A DNA stretch of 64,000 bases from a virus, in the IMG/VR virus record IMGVR_UViG_3300050821_009780, positions 1 through 64,000 of that record. The stretch is one strand, 5' to 3'. The first letter of the stretch is position 1. Every line of letters starts with the position of its first letter. The notes under the pieces were generated by a model that was not told where the DNA came from, did not search any database, and saw only the letters and a list, made by a program, of their open reading frames with translations. The position numbers and the translations under genes are program-made. Of the stretch, positions 41,782 to 51,220 are shown piece by piece.

Positions 41782-41845
41782 AACTCAGCCGCCAGGGAAT
41801 ACTGCAACAGGGTGGAATTCACCCCGGCTCACCTCCCTCCTCCAC

Positions 41846-42487
41846 TCAGCCGACCGTCTTGATGTCGAACGACTGCTTCCCGTGCCCGTCCGTCCAGCCG
41901 CTCCGCAGGGCCTCGTAGGAGCCCTGCGCGTTCTTCCGGGCCGCCGCCTCCGTGTCTCCCTGGAACACCCACGCCGGGAGCACGTCGTCCGCCTCCGGCC
42001 CGTACTGCACCAGCTTGTCCAGCCCCGGGTCGGGGGGCGGGTTCAGCCGCGGGTCGTCGCGGTAATCTGCCGCGACCACCGGGCCGCGCATCTCCTCCAG
42101 CTCCCGCTCCTCCGGGGTCAGCTTCCGGACGCTGCCGGTTCCGTCTATGGAAATCGCCCGCACCGCCTCCAGCAAGGGGTTCTCCTTCCTGCCCCAGTCC
42201 ACCAGCCCCAGGCCCGCCTGCGCGGCGACGAACAGCGAGACGGTCTTGGCCTGCCACTCGGCCAGGCTGGCCCGCTCCTTCTGCTCTAGACGGCGGCGGG
42301 TGCCCGCCGCTTCCGCGCACTGCCGGAGCCGGCAGACGGGGAGATCGAGGAGGTACTCGTCGCTCCATCCGTACTCGGCGCTGAGGAGGTCGAAGAGGCT
42401 GGCGTAGGCTCCGGCAAGTGAAGATCCTGGGCTTCGGGTGCCGTCTCCGCCTGGCCCATCCCGGTGGCCTTCTTCGCCACCGTCCAC
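41846..42487 (-). CDS. Tail assembly chaperone, frameshift-extension (T) segment
   Basis: Overlaps the chaperone gene in the -1 frame; FDLLSAEYGWSDEYLLDLPVCRL motif; lies directly before the tape measure gene. Confidence 0.7.
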   Translation of the reverse strand: MDGGEEGHRDGPGGDGTRSPGSSLAGAYASLFDLLSAEYGWSDEYLLDLPVCRLRQCAEAAGTRRRLEQKERASLAEWQAKTVSLFVAAQAGLGLVDWGRKENPLLEAVRAISIDGTGSVRKLTPEERELEEMRGPVVAADYRDDPRLNPPPDPGLDKLVQYGPEADDVLPAWVFQGDTEAAARKNAQGSYEALRSGWTDGHGKQSFDIKTVG

Positions 42488-42948
42488 AGGGCCCGGAGCT
42501 TTTTTCCCAGGGACTGCAGCTCGGGTGCCTCGTTCGCGACAATCACCTCGAACAGCGCGAGGGTGTCCCCGACCTCCGGGTTAAACAGCTCCTCGTTGAA
42601 CCGGTCCCACAGCTCCTGGTTGTGCTCGGACTCCTGCTTGGTGATGTGCTGCGGCTTCTTCTCGCTCAGCCCGGCGGGCTTGCACATGGACTGCAGGAAC
42701 GCGACGGTCTCCTGCTCGGCGTCGGGGACGGAGACCAGCAGCAGGCCGAGCAGCTTCTGCCCGAACGCGGCCTGGTCCTCGTTGAAATCGAGCTGGGCGA
42801 TGGCGGGTCCGGCACCGCGGGTGAGGATGCGGAGCAGCCGGAACATCTGCCGGGTCTTCAGCCGCACCACCTCGACGGGGAACCCCGACTCCAGCTTGAC
42901 GGTGACTGCTTCCGGATCGATTCTGTCCAGCTCGGACTCTGCTGCCAC
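42286..42948 (-). CDS. Tail assembly chaperone (G)
   Basis: Located between the tail tube and tape measure genes; slippery sequence GGGAAAAAAG at 42508-42499. Confidence 0.75.
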   Translation of the reverse strand: MAAESELDRIDPEAVTVKLESGFPVEVVRLKTRQMFRLLRILTRGAGPAIAQLDFNEDQAAFGQKLLGLLLVSVPDAEQETVAFLQSMCKPAGLSEKKPQHITKQESEHNQELWDRFNEELFNPEVGDTLALFEVIVANEAPELQSLGKKLRALWTVAKKATGMGQAETAPEAQDLHLPEPTPASSTSSAPSTDGATSTSSISPSAGSGSARKRRAPAAV

Positions 42949-43023
42949 TGGCCCTCCCGGGGACTCTGTGCTTGGCGGACGGCGCTAGCTGCGCTCTACG
43001 GCCCGGTAGATCGGCACCGGAAC

Positions 43024-43050
43024 GAAGAAAGGGAGCCCGCAGGCTCCCTC
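43024..43050 (-). terminator. Intrinsic terminator after the major tail gene
   Basis: GGGAGCC-N-GGCTCCC stem followed by TTTCTTC on the minus strand. Confidence 0.7.
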
Positions 43051-43066
43051 CCTCACGCTGTCAGGA

Positions 43067-43699
43067 CTAGATGACCGCGCCGGAACCGAACTGGCCGATT
43101 TCGGCGGCGGTGAAGGCACCGGTGTTGTTGCCCGGGTAGGAGACCAGGCGGCCGAGCCGGTTGCTGGTGTCGGTGCCGGTGAACGAGCTGCCCTGCTCGT
43201 TCGTGGACGAGAACAGCGCCCTTGCGGAGATTGATACGGAAAGTCCCGTCTTGTACGAGGGTCCCGTGAAGTTGAAGGGCTGGAACTGGCACTTGTACAG
43301 CACGAAGTCCAGCGTGCGGATCGCGCCGCCTGAGTCCTTCGACGGCACCCGCAGCGCCAGCGGCTGCGTCGGCTGGTTCATGGAGTTCAGCGTCCACAGC
43401 GCGACACCGTAGTAGTCGTTCGGCGTGCCGCCGGACGAGGCCACCTGGGTGCCGGTGATCAGGGCGATCGTGGCGAAGGGGACGTAGCCTTCTTCAATGG
43501 TGATGTTGGCGAAGTTGATCCAGAAGTGCTCAGAAAGCACCACGTCGTCGCCGGTGTTCTCGAAGTTGCCCTGGTCGGTGGCGATTGAGCCGTTGCGCAC
43601 CCCGTAGATGCTGGCGTTCTCGGCGCCGGTGCCCTGGGTCAGGATCGCGGCGTGGCTCAAGGAGAAGCCCTCGAAATAGAGGGCATTAGCAGCAGTCAC
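43067..43699 (-). CDS. Major tail tube protein
   Basis: Position upstream of the chaperones; IYGVRNGSI..ENTGDD..LRVPSKDS..DFVLYKCQF. Confidence 0.75.
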   Translation of the reverse strand: MTAANALYFEGFSLSHAAILTQGTGAENASIYGVRNGSIATDQGNFENTGDDVVLSEHFWINFANITIEEGYVPFATIALITGTQVASSGGTPNDYYGVALWTLNSMNQPTQPLALRVPSKDSGGAIRTLDFVLYKCQFQPFNFTGPSYKTGLSVSISARALFSSTNEQGSSFTGTDTSNRLGRLVSYPGNNTGAFTAAEIGQFGSGAVI

Positions 43700-43737
43700 T
43701 GGCCGGTCCTTTCTCGGCTAACACAGTCCTGCCAGGT

Positions 43738-44127
43738 CTAATCGGCGGAGCGCCGGTCCAGCCAGCGCTGCACGAACGCGGGCTTCTTCTCCAGCCACCA
43801 CACGACGCAGCGCCAGCACATGACGGCGGCGGCCCCGCCGAGGACGAAGATGTCGATCCACGCGGAGGTGACCGGGGTGATGAGGTGCGGGAAGAACACC
43901 AGGAGCGAGCCGGGGACCAGGATGCAGAGCAGCACGATGTCCTTGAGGACGATGGTGGTGCCCACCCGGTCCTTCCACCACGGGGAGGTGAGGGTGTACT
44001 GGACGACGAACAGCAGGAACGCGGCAGTGGCGGCCAGGGTCACATCGCTGACCGCCGTGAGCATCCACGACGGGACCATCGCGTAGGCGGTCACCGTGTC
44101 GTGGACCGGGGCGTGCGATGCCATCAT
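43738..44127 (-). CDS. Three-TM membrane protein (putative holin family)
   Basis: Three hydrophobic helices and a SPWWKDRVG motif, in the lysis-like cassette. Confidence 0.6.
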   Translation of the reverse strand: MMASHAPVHDTVTAYAMVPSWMLTAVSDVTLAATAAFLLFVVQYTLTSPWWKDRVGTTIVLKDIVLLCILVPGSLLVFFPHLITPVTSAWIDIFVLGGAAAVMCWRCVVWWLEKKPAFVQRWLDRRSAD

Positions 44128-44345
44128 AGCTTCCTGCCGTTCCCTTCCGTCTTGTCGTACCCGAGCTGCAGCGCGTCCCGGATGATATCTGAGTAGTGGT
44201 TGCGCTGGTTGGCCCGGAGAAGCGGGTGCGCCAGGCGCTGCTCGGTCTCCGCCAGCGCCGCCTGGGAGCGGGCCACCTCGGTCTCGGCGTGCTGCTGCTG
44301 GTCGCGGGCATGCGAAGCGAGGCGCCACAGCCACGGGATCCTCAT
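44124..44345 (-). CDS. Small helical protein of the lysis-like cassette
   Basis: MRIPWLWR...LLRANQRNHYSDIIRDAL, coupled on both sides. Confidence 0.55.
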   Translation of the reverse strand: MRIPWLWRLASHARDQQQHAETEVARSQAALAETEQRLAHPLLRANQRNHYSDIIRDALQLGYDKTEGNGRKL

Positions 44346-44662
44346 GAGGCGGCACCCTCCTCCGGCACGACGGCCCGCTGGCGGTCCTTCGTGAGATCGC
44401 CGTACGCGTCGCCGGCACGGCTGGCCCGGTGCTCCTCGGCCAGCTGGGTCAGCGCCTGCATGGCCTGCGCCCCGGTCGTCGCCACCTGCTGGAGCCCCTG
44501 GTTGCGCTCCCGCTCCAGGGTCAGCGCATCCTGGAGCTTGTCGTTCGCATCCTTGAGGTTGCGGTAGACCCAGCCGGGCACCAGCATCCCCGACACCATC
44601 AGGACGAACACGAGCCCGAGCGCCCCGAAGTTGAGCAGCCACTGGATGGTCGTAGGATCCAA
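44342..44662 (-). CDS. Holin-like membrane protein (N-terminal TM plus coiled coil)
   Basis: TTG start after the SD AGGGGAG; NFGALGLVFVLMVSGMLVPGWVY followed by a coiled coil. Confidence 0.6.
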   Translation of the reverse strand: MDPTTIQWLLNFGALGLVFVLMVSGMLVPGWVYRNLKDANDKLQDALTLERERNQGLQQVATTGAQAMQALTQLAEEHRASRAGDAYGDLTKDRQRAVVPEEGAAS

Positions 44663-44709
44663 TGCGCTCCCCTTTTGCGGCAGGATGTTCCCTTTTGCTA
44701 ATCGGGGAG

Positions 44710-45627
44710 TCAGCCGCGGAGCCATTCGAGCAGCCGGGCCAGCACGCTGCGCCGGCGATGATGGTGCGCAGGAGGTACAGGAGGCGCAGGGGGCACCGGA
44801 GGCTCCGGCGCGGGGGGCGGGGACGGGAACGGCACCGGGGGCGGCGGCACGGTGGAGGGGAACGGGTTCTGCCCGACGGCCGACTGGAACTCGGCGCCGA
44901 GCACGGCCAGGCTCACGCCCTCCGGGTCGTTCTGGGAGGCAGCGCTCACCCAATCCTGCGACACTACCGGCCACGCCTCGGAGAAGTACCTATCCCAGAA
45001 CGGCCAGGTCACCTGGACGGGGCGGTCCCAGGTCCAGATGACGGGGCCGTTGGCGTTGTATCCGCACACGCAGACGCAGTGCCCGCCGAGAATCCCGCCG
45101 TCGTTCGCCACCACATCCCACTCGTGCCCGGCGTTGAACTGATCCATGGCGGACTGCGGCAGGCCCAGCCCGGCCGACAGGTAGCCGAACTCGGCGACGC
45201 AGACCATGACGCTGTTGTGGTTGGCGAGGCCGGCCAGCTGCCCGTAGGCGGCGACCCGGTGGCCGCCCATCCCCTGGGCCTTGAGCAGGGCGAGGGCGCT
45301 GGAGATCATCCATCCCTGGTCGGTCGGGTTGTTCCCGGGCGGGCCGGCGTTAGGGCTGAACCCGGACTGCTCGTACGCCTGCTCGACCACGACATCGGGG
45401 ACGACAGCCTCGGTGCCCTGCCCGTAGAAGGTGATGCCCTGGACGATGTTCGCATCGCAACTGCAAGTGCAGCACCCGTACAAATCATTAAGGTGCATCC
45501 CGATGACCGGGACCTGGCTGTACCAGTCGGCCGAGTCGGGCGGGGCGACGGCGCGCAGCGCGGTGTCGAACCGCGGCCGGGGCAGCTCGCGGGGGGTTGG
45601 GTTCCACCCGTGGCGGAAGGTGACCAC
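44710..45627 (-). CDS. Papain-like (C1-type) cysteine peptidase, candidate endolysin
   Basis: NDLYGCCT (catalytic Cys), DQGW and GGHCVCVCGY..IWTW (His motif); Pro-rich tail; directly upstream of the holin-like genes. Confidence 0.65.
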   Translation of the reverse strand: MVTFRHGWNPTPRELPRPRFDTALRAVAPPDSADWYSQVPVIGMHLNDLYGCCTCSCDANIVQGITFYGQGTEAVVPDVVVEQAYEQSGFSPNAGPPGNNPTDQGWMISSALALLKAQGMGGHRVAAYGQLAGLANHNSVMVCVAEFGYLSAGLGLPQSAMDQFNAGHEWDVVANDGGILGGHCVCVCGYNANGPVIWTWDRPVQVTWPFWDRYFSEAWPVVSQDWVSAASQNDPEGVSLAVLGAEFQSAVGQNPFPSTVPPPPVPFPSPPPAPEPPVPPAPPVPPAHHHRRRSVLARLLEWLRG

Positions 45628-45753
45628 GCAGGCTCCAGACGCGAATGAGGGCCGGGCCTTCCGGCCTGACCCTCAGATCGTCTGTTGAGCGGCCCCGGTG
45701 AGGTCGTCGCCGGCAGGGGCCATCCACCGCCGCGTGGGCCTTTCCCGGGGCCG

Positions 45754-46011
45754 CTAGTCACTGGTACGGCCGGCGAAGCCCGCCCCCGTCCTGCGCCAGC
45801 ACCCGCAGCTGACGGTGGGGTAATCGCGGCGGGTCAGGTTCACGATGGCCACCAGCTTCACGGTGCCGCAGCGCAGGCACCGCACCTTCGCGGCCCGGCA
45901 CCCCTTCGGCCTGGCCCGGGTGCGGGCGACGCGGCCGGCCTCCGGGTCCAGCACCTGCAGGAAGCCGAACATGTCTCCCGCAGCCAGGTAGACCTCGATA
46001 CGTCTGCCCAC
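45754..46011 (-). CDS. Isolated N-terminal module of the HNH-endonuclease type (no nuclease domain)
   Basis: GDMFGFLQVL..CLRCG..NL..SCGC resembles the N-terminus of 62911-63582. Confidence 0.5.
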   Translation of the reverse strand: MGRRIEVYLAAGDMFGFLQVLDPEAGRVARTRARPKGCRAAKVRCLRCGTVKLVAIVNLTRRDYPTVSCGCWRRTGAGFAGRTSD

Positions 46012-47243
46012 GGCTTACCAGGACCGGTACCAGATGTGCATGGTGATCGCTGCCACGAAGAACCCCCAGAGAACGAGCGACGCCCACCAGGCGGCACCGT
46101 GCCCGCTGACCTCCAGCGCCCGGGTCACGCCCAGCTCGTGCCAGCAGTAGTCGCTGAGCGTGTTCTTCGCCTGGCCCGCAGCGAGCGCGAACACCTCGAC
46201 GGGCAGGAACAGGCTGAGCGAGACGAGCAGGTACGCAGGCCAGTAGACCAGGCCCCAGGTCGGCGCGGGCATGTCCGGGGAAATCGTCACTCCGGCCGGC
46301 CGTAGCCGAACCAGCACTTGATATCTCCGACCGCGTAGCCGGAAATGCTGTCCTGCCTGAACGGGTACGCGGCCAGCAGGGACGTGTACGGACGCTGCCC
46401 CCAGGTGGCGCTGAACCCGACCGGTTCACCATCGCGGTTCCGCACCAGGTCCCAGCGCGCCCCGCAGTCCGGGCACCGGCCCTCCAGGTCCAGCGGCCAC
46501 TGCGCCCGGCCCGGCCCGGTGACGAAGAACGGGCAGAACCCCTCCGCGATCATGCACAGTGCCTCGCGGGCCTCGGCGGTCGGGGTGAACCACTCCTGCG
46601 GGAACGCCCGGAGACGGGCGGGCTTGCTCACAGGCCGGACACCTCCAGCATCATGCCCATCACGTACGCCACGTTGTAGTCGGCCTGCAGGCAGCGGCGG
46701 CAGACGCTAGGAGACGCTGCAGTAGCGCAGCCTCGGGCACTCGTCGTACGACCGCCGCTCGTACCAGTCCACGGCGGTATCCAGGTAACGGCTCTCACGC
46801 CGCTCGGCACTAACCACCCGGCAGCTCTCCGCCGAACTCGCCGTCAACTCCCGGGAGGCAGGCGAGCCACTGCCCGGCCTCCGCCGGCAGAGGGCTGCCG
46901 CTGCCCAGGACAGCGCAGTGCGCCAGGCTGATGCCGACAACCCCGTGCTCCTCCGCCATCGCGGTATCGGTGGTCTTCTCGTACCCCTCGCGGACCTCCA
47001 GCAGCCAGCCGGCCGCGTCGCTCCACGGGGTGAGCACCTGCGGGAACTCGCCGGTGGCAGGGTACGCCCGCCACCGGCGTGATCCGGGGAGCCGCTCGGT
47101 GCGGCCCAGCAGGACCGAGCCGTCGGCGTGCGGCTCCCCGAGCCACACCGCGTACCAGGTGGGGTAGCGGGAGTACGCGGCGGTGCCGCGCTTCAGCACC
47201 TCGCGGTGCAGGTCCGGCCGCTGCCTGCGCATCCCGCCCACGG

Positions 47244-47714
47244 CTACTTCTTCTTGCTCTTGGTGCGGCGCGCGTCGATGGCGCGCTGCTTGGCCAGGGA
47301 CGTGCCGCGGGCGGCGAAGCCGCGCTCCAGCAGCTCCAGCCGCACTTCCGCACGGCGCTCCCGGCTCATGGCCGCGCCGTCGCAGGCTTCCGGGGGCAGC
47401 AGATAACCGGGCACCAGGGTGTAATCGTAGCCGCTGCGCCCGCCCGGCATCAGCGTGCCATCCTTGACGCCGACGAGCTTGCGCAGCACCACGCCGCACC
47501 GCTCGCACGGGGCCTCGATGACGCAGACACCGCGCCGCACCTCCAGGCTAGTCCTCGGGTCGTTGTACCCGGGGATGATGTGCCGTCCGTTGCGGCACTC
47601 CAGGTAGCTGGTGTCCGCCGTCTCCAGCCACGCGCGGAACGACTCCTCGCGCTGGCGGGCGATTTCCGGCGGCGTGCTGCCGACGAGGGTGAACTTCCTT
47701 CTTGCTGCGGTCAT
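47244..47714 (-). CDS. Hypothetical Zn-binding protein
   Basis: ECRNGRH..CERCG..YDY...GY; SD GGGAGG. Confidence 0.55.
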   Translation of the reverse strand: MTAARRKFTLVGSTPPEIARQREESFRAWLETADTSYLECRNGRHIIPGYNDPRTSLEVRRGVCVIEAPCERCGVVLRKLVGVKDGTLMPGGRSGYDYTLVPGYLLPPEACDGAAMSRERRAEVRLELLERGFAARGTSLAKQRAIDARRTKSKKK

Positions 47715-47731
47715 TTGCGACCGACCTCCCT

Positions 47732-47986
47732 TTAAGCGGTGGCACTCCGCCTGCTGCGGTGCAGCTGCCTTTCCCTCGGCGTCGTGCCTCCCCATATTCC
47801 ATACGCCTCCGGGTAGCCGATGGCGTAGTCCCGGCATGCCAGCCGGACCGGGCACGCACTGCACACCGCCTTGGCGGCGATGACCCGCTTGCGGTAGCGG
47901 CGGTCGGTGAGGTCGGTGAACTCGATGAAGAACATCTCGGTCGGCAGCCCGGTGCAGGCCGCTCCCTCTGCCAGGTGCTGCAGCAT
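47732..47986 (-). CDS. whiB: WhiB-family Fe-S transcription regulator
   Basis: AAC..FF..AKAVCSACPVRLACRDYA..GIWGGTTPRER (four Cys plus the GIWGG turn). Confidence 0.9.
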   Translation of the reverse strand: MLQHLAEGAACTGLPTEMFFIEFTDLTDRRYRKRVIAAKAVCSACPVRLACRDYAIGYPEAYGIWGGTTPRERQLHRSRRSATA

Positions 47987-48224
47987 GCGGTCAGCCCTTC
48001 CGGGCGGTCTTCCACGCACAGGTGCACCAGGGAAACTCACTGCCCTCCCGGCGGGCCACAGGGTAACGGGTCACCAGGCAGAACTCACGGTGCCCGGCTA
48101 TCCGGGCGGCCCGCACGGCAGCCTCCTCGCGCTGCTGGGCCGCCTCCTCGGCCAGCGACCGGGCGATGGTGTAGCCGGCGAACGCGACGCAGGCTCCGAC
48201 GAACAGCCACTCGAACACAGGGGC

Positions 48225-48503
48225 TCACTCTTCCACTATCAGGGTCTCGATCAGGAGGCCGAGGAAGTCGTACCGGTGCAGCACGCGCTTCACCCTCCTG
48301 CCTGTTTTACGCATCTTGCGGGTGCAGTCGTCGCAGTACAGCTCGATGTGATTATCCGGGTGCACGTACGTCTCCCGCTCGCCGCGCTGCCGGAGCTTGA
48401 ACAGCAGCCGCCCGGGCTGGCAGGTGCCGTCCGCCTTGCGGTAGCCGTCCGGGCAGCGGACAAGGAAGACCTGCTCGTCGGTCACCTCCTGGCGATCGTC
48501 CAT
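48225..48503 (-). CDS. Zn-ribbon protein (Mu Com-like)
   Basis: VRCP..GRLLFKL..IELYCDDC. Confidence 0.45.
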   Translation of the reverse strand: MDDRQEVTDEQVFLVRCPDGYRKADGTCQPGRLLFKLRQRGERETYVHPDNHIELYCDDCTRKMRKTGRRVKRVLHRYDFLGLLIETLIVEE

Positions 48504-49808
48504 CTACCGCACCGGGACGGGGCCGAGTTCCTCCTCGCGGCGGCAGGCCATGGCGGTGTCGTAGACCTGCGCGCCGACGCCGTTGCTGGTCACCTCGTCG
48601 CGGATGCGGCGGAAGAGGTTCTCCACCACCACCGACCAGTCGCACAGCTTCGGGATCAGCTCGGCGGCCTTCTGCCCCTTATCCCTGGCCTCGCTGCGGT
48701 GCGTGTAGATGTGCCAGATGGTCTCGGCGAGGTGCTCCACGCTGACCTTGGCATCGTGCGCGCCCCACGGGCAGTATCCGAAGGTGGCGCCGAGCTTGTA
48801 GTCCAGCGGGTAGGCCCAGTCCCCGCCCATCCACATGGTGTGGCCGCCGAAGTTGGTGGCCGCGACCGCCCCGGCGGTGGACATGAACTCCAGGGCGGGC
48901 AGGTTCTTGCCCTCGCCGCGGCTGGGGGCGAGCAGGCAGTGGCTGGCGGCGTACATGTCCTTGACGCCCTGCACGTCCAGGGACGACACGAACACCTTGA
49001 TGCCGGCGTGCGCGAACGGCAGGTTCAGCTCAGGGAACAGGGTGCCGGGAAGGCTGGTGTGCAGCGCGAGGCGGGCATCGGCGAACGCCCCGCCCTTCTC
49101 GTCCTTGAGCTTGTGCCACGCCTCGATGACGAGCCACGGCTGCTTGCGGGCGTTGAGCGCCCCGTGCATGAGGAACTGGAACCGGTCACTGTGCCAGTCG
49201 CGCTCGACCGGGCGCCACAGCGAGGAGTCGTAGCCGCCCTGGAGGATGCCGGACTTGACGGTCTTGGGGATGAACGGCGCGAACGAGGCGAGGGACACCG
49301 GGTCGTAGCCGAGCACCAGATCGTACCAGCGGAGCCGCTCGCGGAAGCTGGACTTCTGCTTGGCGTGCGGGTACAGCCCGGAGGCCGGGGGCTTCCGGCA
49401 GTTCCGGCAGCCGGGGACGCCCAGCTCGTTCTTGCCGTTCTCCTTCAGGTGCCTGGCGCACGGGCGGAGGATGGGCACGCCATCCTCGCGGAACTCCGGC
49501 GGCGGGGCGAACTCCCACATGGACCAGCCGACCGCGACCCGGGCGCTGGCCCGGGCCTCGCGGGTGATGAGCAGGTGGTCGGGGTCCCAGTGGTTGATGA
49601 GCAGGTCCCACGGGCCGTACAGGGTCTTGCCGAACAGCGGCATGAGGTCGGCCGGGATGGGCACATCCAGCCAGGTGGGCTGGACGTACACGTCGCAGCC
49701 CCAGCGGTGCAGCGCGCGGACCAGGCCGAAGCCGTCGTTGCCGTATCCGGAGTACTGCGAGAAGGGGGCTAAAGCCTTAACACAGACCTTCAAAGGCCGG
49801 TTAAGCAT
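48504..49808 (-). CDS. GT-B (GT4-like) glycosyltransferase
   Basis: SGYGNDG, WSMWE, GALNARK and LLAPSRGEGKNLPALEFMS (EX7E motif). Confidence 0.85.
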   Translation of the reverse strand: MLNRPLKVCVKALAPFSQYSGYGNDGFGLVRALHRWGCDVYVQPTWLDVPIPADLMPLFGKTLYGPWDLLINHWDPDHLLITREARASARVAVGWSMWEFAPPPEFREDGVPILRPCARHLKENGKNELGVPGCRNCRKPPASGLYPHAKQKSSFRERLRWYDLVLGYDPVSLASFAPFIPKTVKSGILQGGYDSSLWRPVERDWHSDRFQFLMHGALNARKQPWLVIEAWHKLKDEKGGAFADARLALHTSLPGTLFPELNLPFAHAGIKVFVSSLDVQGVKDMYAASHCLLAPSRGEGKNLPALEFMSTAGAVAATNFGGHTMWMGGDWAYPLDYKLGATFGYCPWGAHDAKVSVEHLAETIWHIYTHRSEARDKGQKAAELIPKLCDWSVVVENLFRRIRDEVTSNGVGAQVYDTAMACRREEELGPVPVR

Positions 49809-49814
49809 TGGGCA

Positions 49815-50402
49815 TCACCTCTTCGTCGCGGCCAGATAGGCCGCTATCTCGTCGGAGAACTGCTCGTACCAGCCCAGCGAACCATTGCACTTCGTGCACA
49901 ACAGTCCCCGGACACACTTGCCGCAGGAAGTAGGGCCTGAGCAACAGCGCCTATCGTGATCAACAGCAAAGTGCATGAACACGAACTTAGAACCGCGACG
50001 CTCGCCCTCAGCCATCTCCTGCAAGGACCGACTGCATATCCGACAACGTCCTTGCTGCTCGTCGTACATGCGCCAGTAGTCATCAGGATCTATGTTGAAC
50101 TGACGACGCAGCTTCCGCTCCCAGCGGGCATCAGCTTCCCGGGCTACCCGCTCAGTATCACGAGCATGCCAGGAAGCCTTCGCGTACTCGCGCCTACAGT
50201 CCTTGCACGGCACCATGAGACGACCATCTGGATACTTATAGAAGTCGTCTCTATCCTTCTCACGAGTGCACTGATAGCACGTCTTACGAGTCGGACGACA
50301 GGAAGGCCCGCAGTGCTTCTGAACTGAGCCTGTCGGCTGAAACTCTTCTCCGCAGCCAACGCACACCCTAGTAGGCCACTTAAAGTCAGGAGGTCTAACC
50401 AT
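49815..50402 (-). mobile_element. Free-standing endonuclease VII-family homing endonuclease inserted at the glycosyltransferase 5' end
   Basis: QQGRCRICS..AVDHD..CC..SCGKCVRGLLCTKCN..LG; lower GC; flanked by duplicated RPLKVC coding sequence. Confidence 0.85.
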
Positions 50403-50867
50403 TCTCCTGCCTACAGACCTTAAGCGGGCGCTGCTGCACTTGCTCCTCCAGGGAGTCTCTGTTGAATGCTGCGCCCTTCGCGTATCGTCCGGGTTCTCCG
50501 GCGATCAGCCCATCTCGGCGAACAGCCGCTCGACGGCGGTCAGGTTCCGCTCCCCGGCGCGGGGCAGCCGGCCATGGTAGCCGAAGAACTGCAGGCACCA
50601 GCCGCAGTAGACCCGGTCGGGCAGCACGCTCCAGTGCCGGCAGTTGAAGCAGTAGTTCTCAGGCACGACCCACCTCGCCGGGCCAGCGCGCTATCTGCCG
50701 CTGCAGGTAGTGCACGTCCACCGCGAACGCCGCCAGCAGAACGGCCTCGACCGCCCAGTAGCGGCAGCTCAGCTCGGAGACGGTCGGCACCCTGCCCGAG
50801 GCGATGGCCGCGATCTCGTAGCCGCACAGCAGCAGGACTGCCCCCTTGAGGACGGACCCCGGCTGCC

Positions 50868-51134
50868 TCACGGCTCCACTGCCAGCTGCTCCCCCTCGCA
50901 CGACTGCCTCCCGGCCACGTACTCGCCCCGCGCGAACAGCTCCGCGCAGAGATTGAGGTAACTGCACTCAGCGTCGGTCAGGGCCGTGGAAAAGCCCACC
51001 AGGTGCGTGCTGGCATCTGCGGGAACAGGCCCGGCTACCTGAGCCTGCTCCGCCTGCAGTGCGAGTCTCCGCAGGTCCGGTGTGCTCAGGTGAGCGTACG
51101 GTCCCGCCATGACTGGAGAATCGGTGAATCCCAT
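50868..51134 (-). CDS. Hypothetical protein, divergent from the XRE gene
   Basis: SD GGGGAGG before ATG 51134. Confidence 0.55.
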   Translation of the reverse strand: MGFTDSPVMAGPYAHLSTPDLRRLALQAEQAQVAGPVPADASTHLVGFSTALTDAECSYLNLCAELFARGEYVAGRQSCEGEQLAVEP

Positions 51135-51220
51135 CGCAGCCTCCCCAGGTGCGACTGAAGACTTCCCGGACCGGGCTCCCCACCACGGGGCCCGGTCAGG
51201 TTGACTCTGTTTCTACACTC

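Noticed and set aside
49815-50402. Group I intron around the endonuclease
   Set aside because: The flanks are only a few nucleotides long, leaving no room for a ribozyme core, and the downstream gene has its own rebuilt start.
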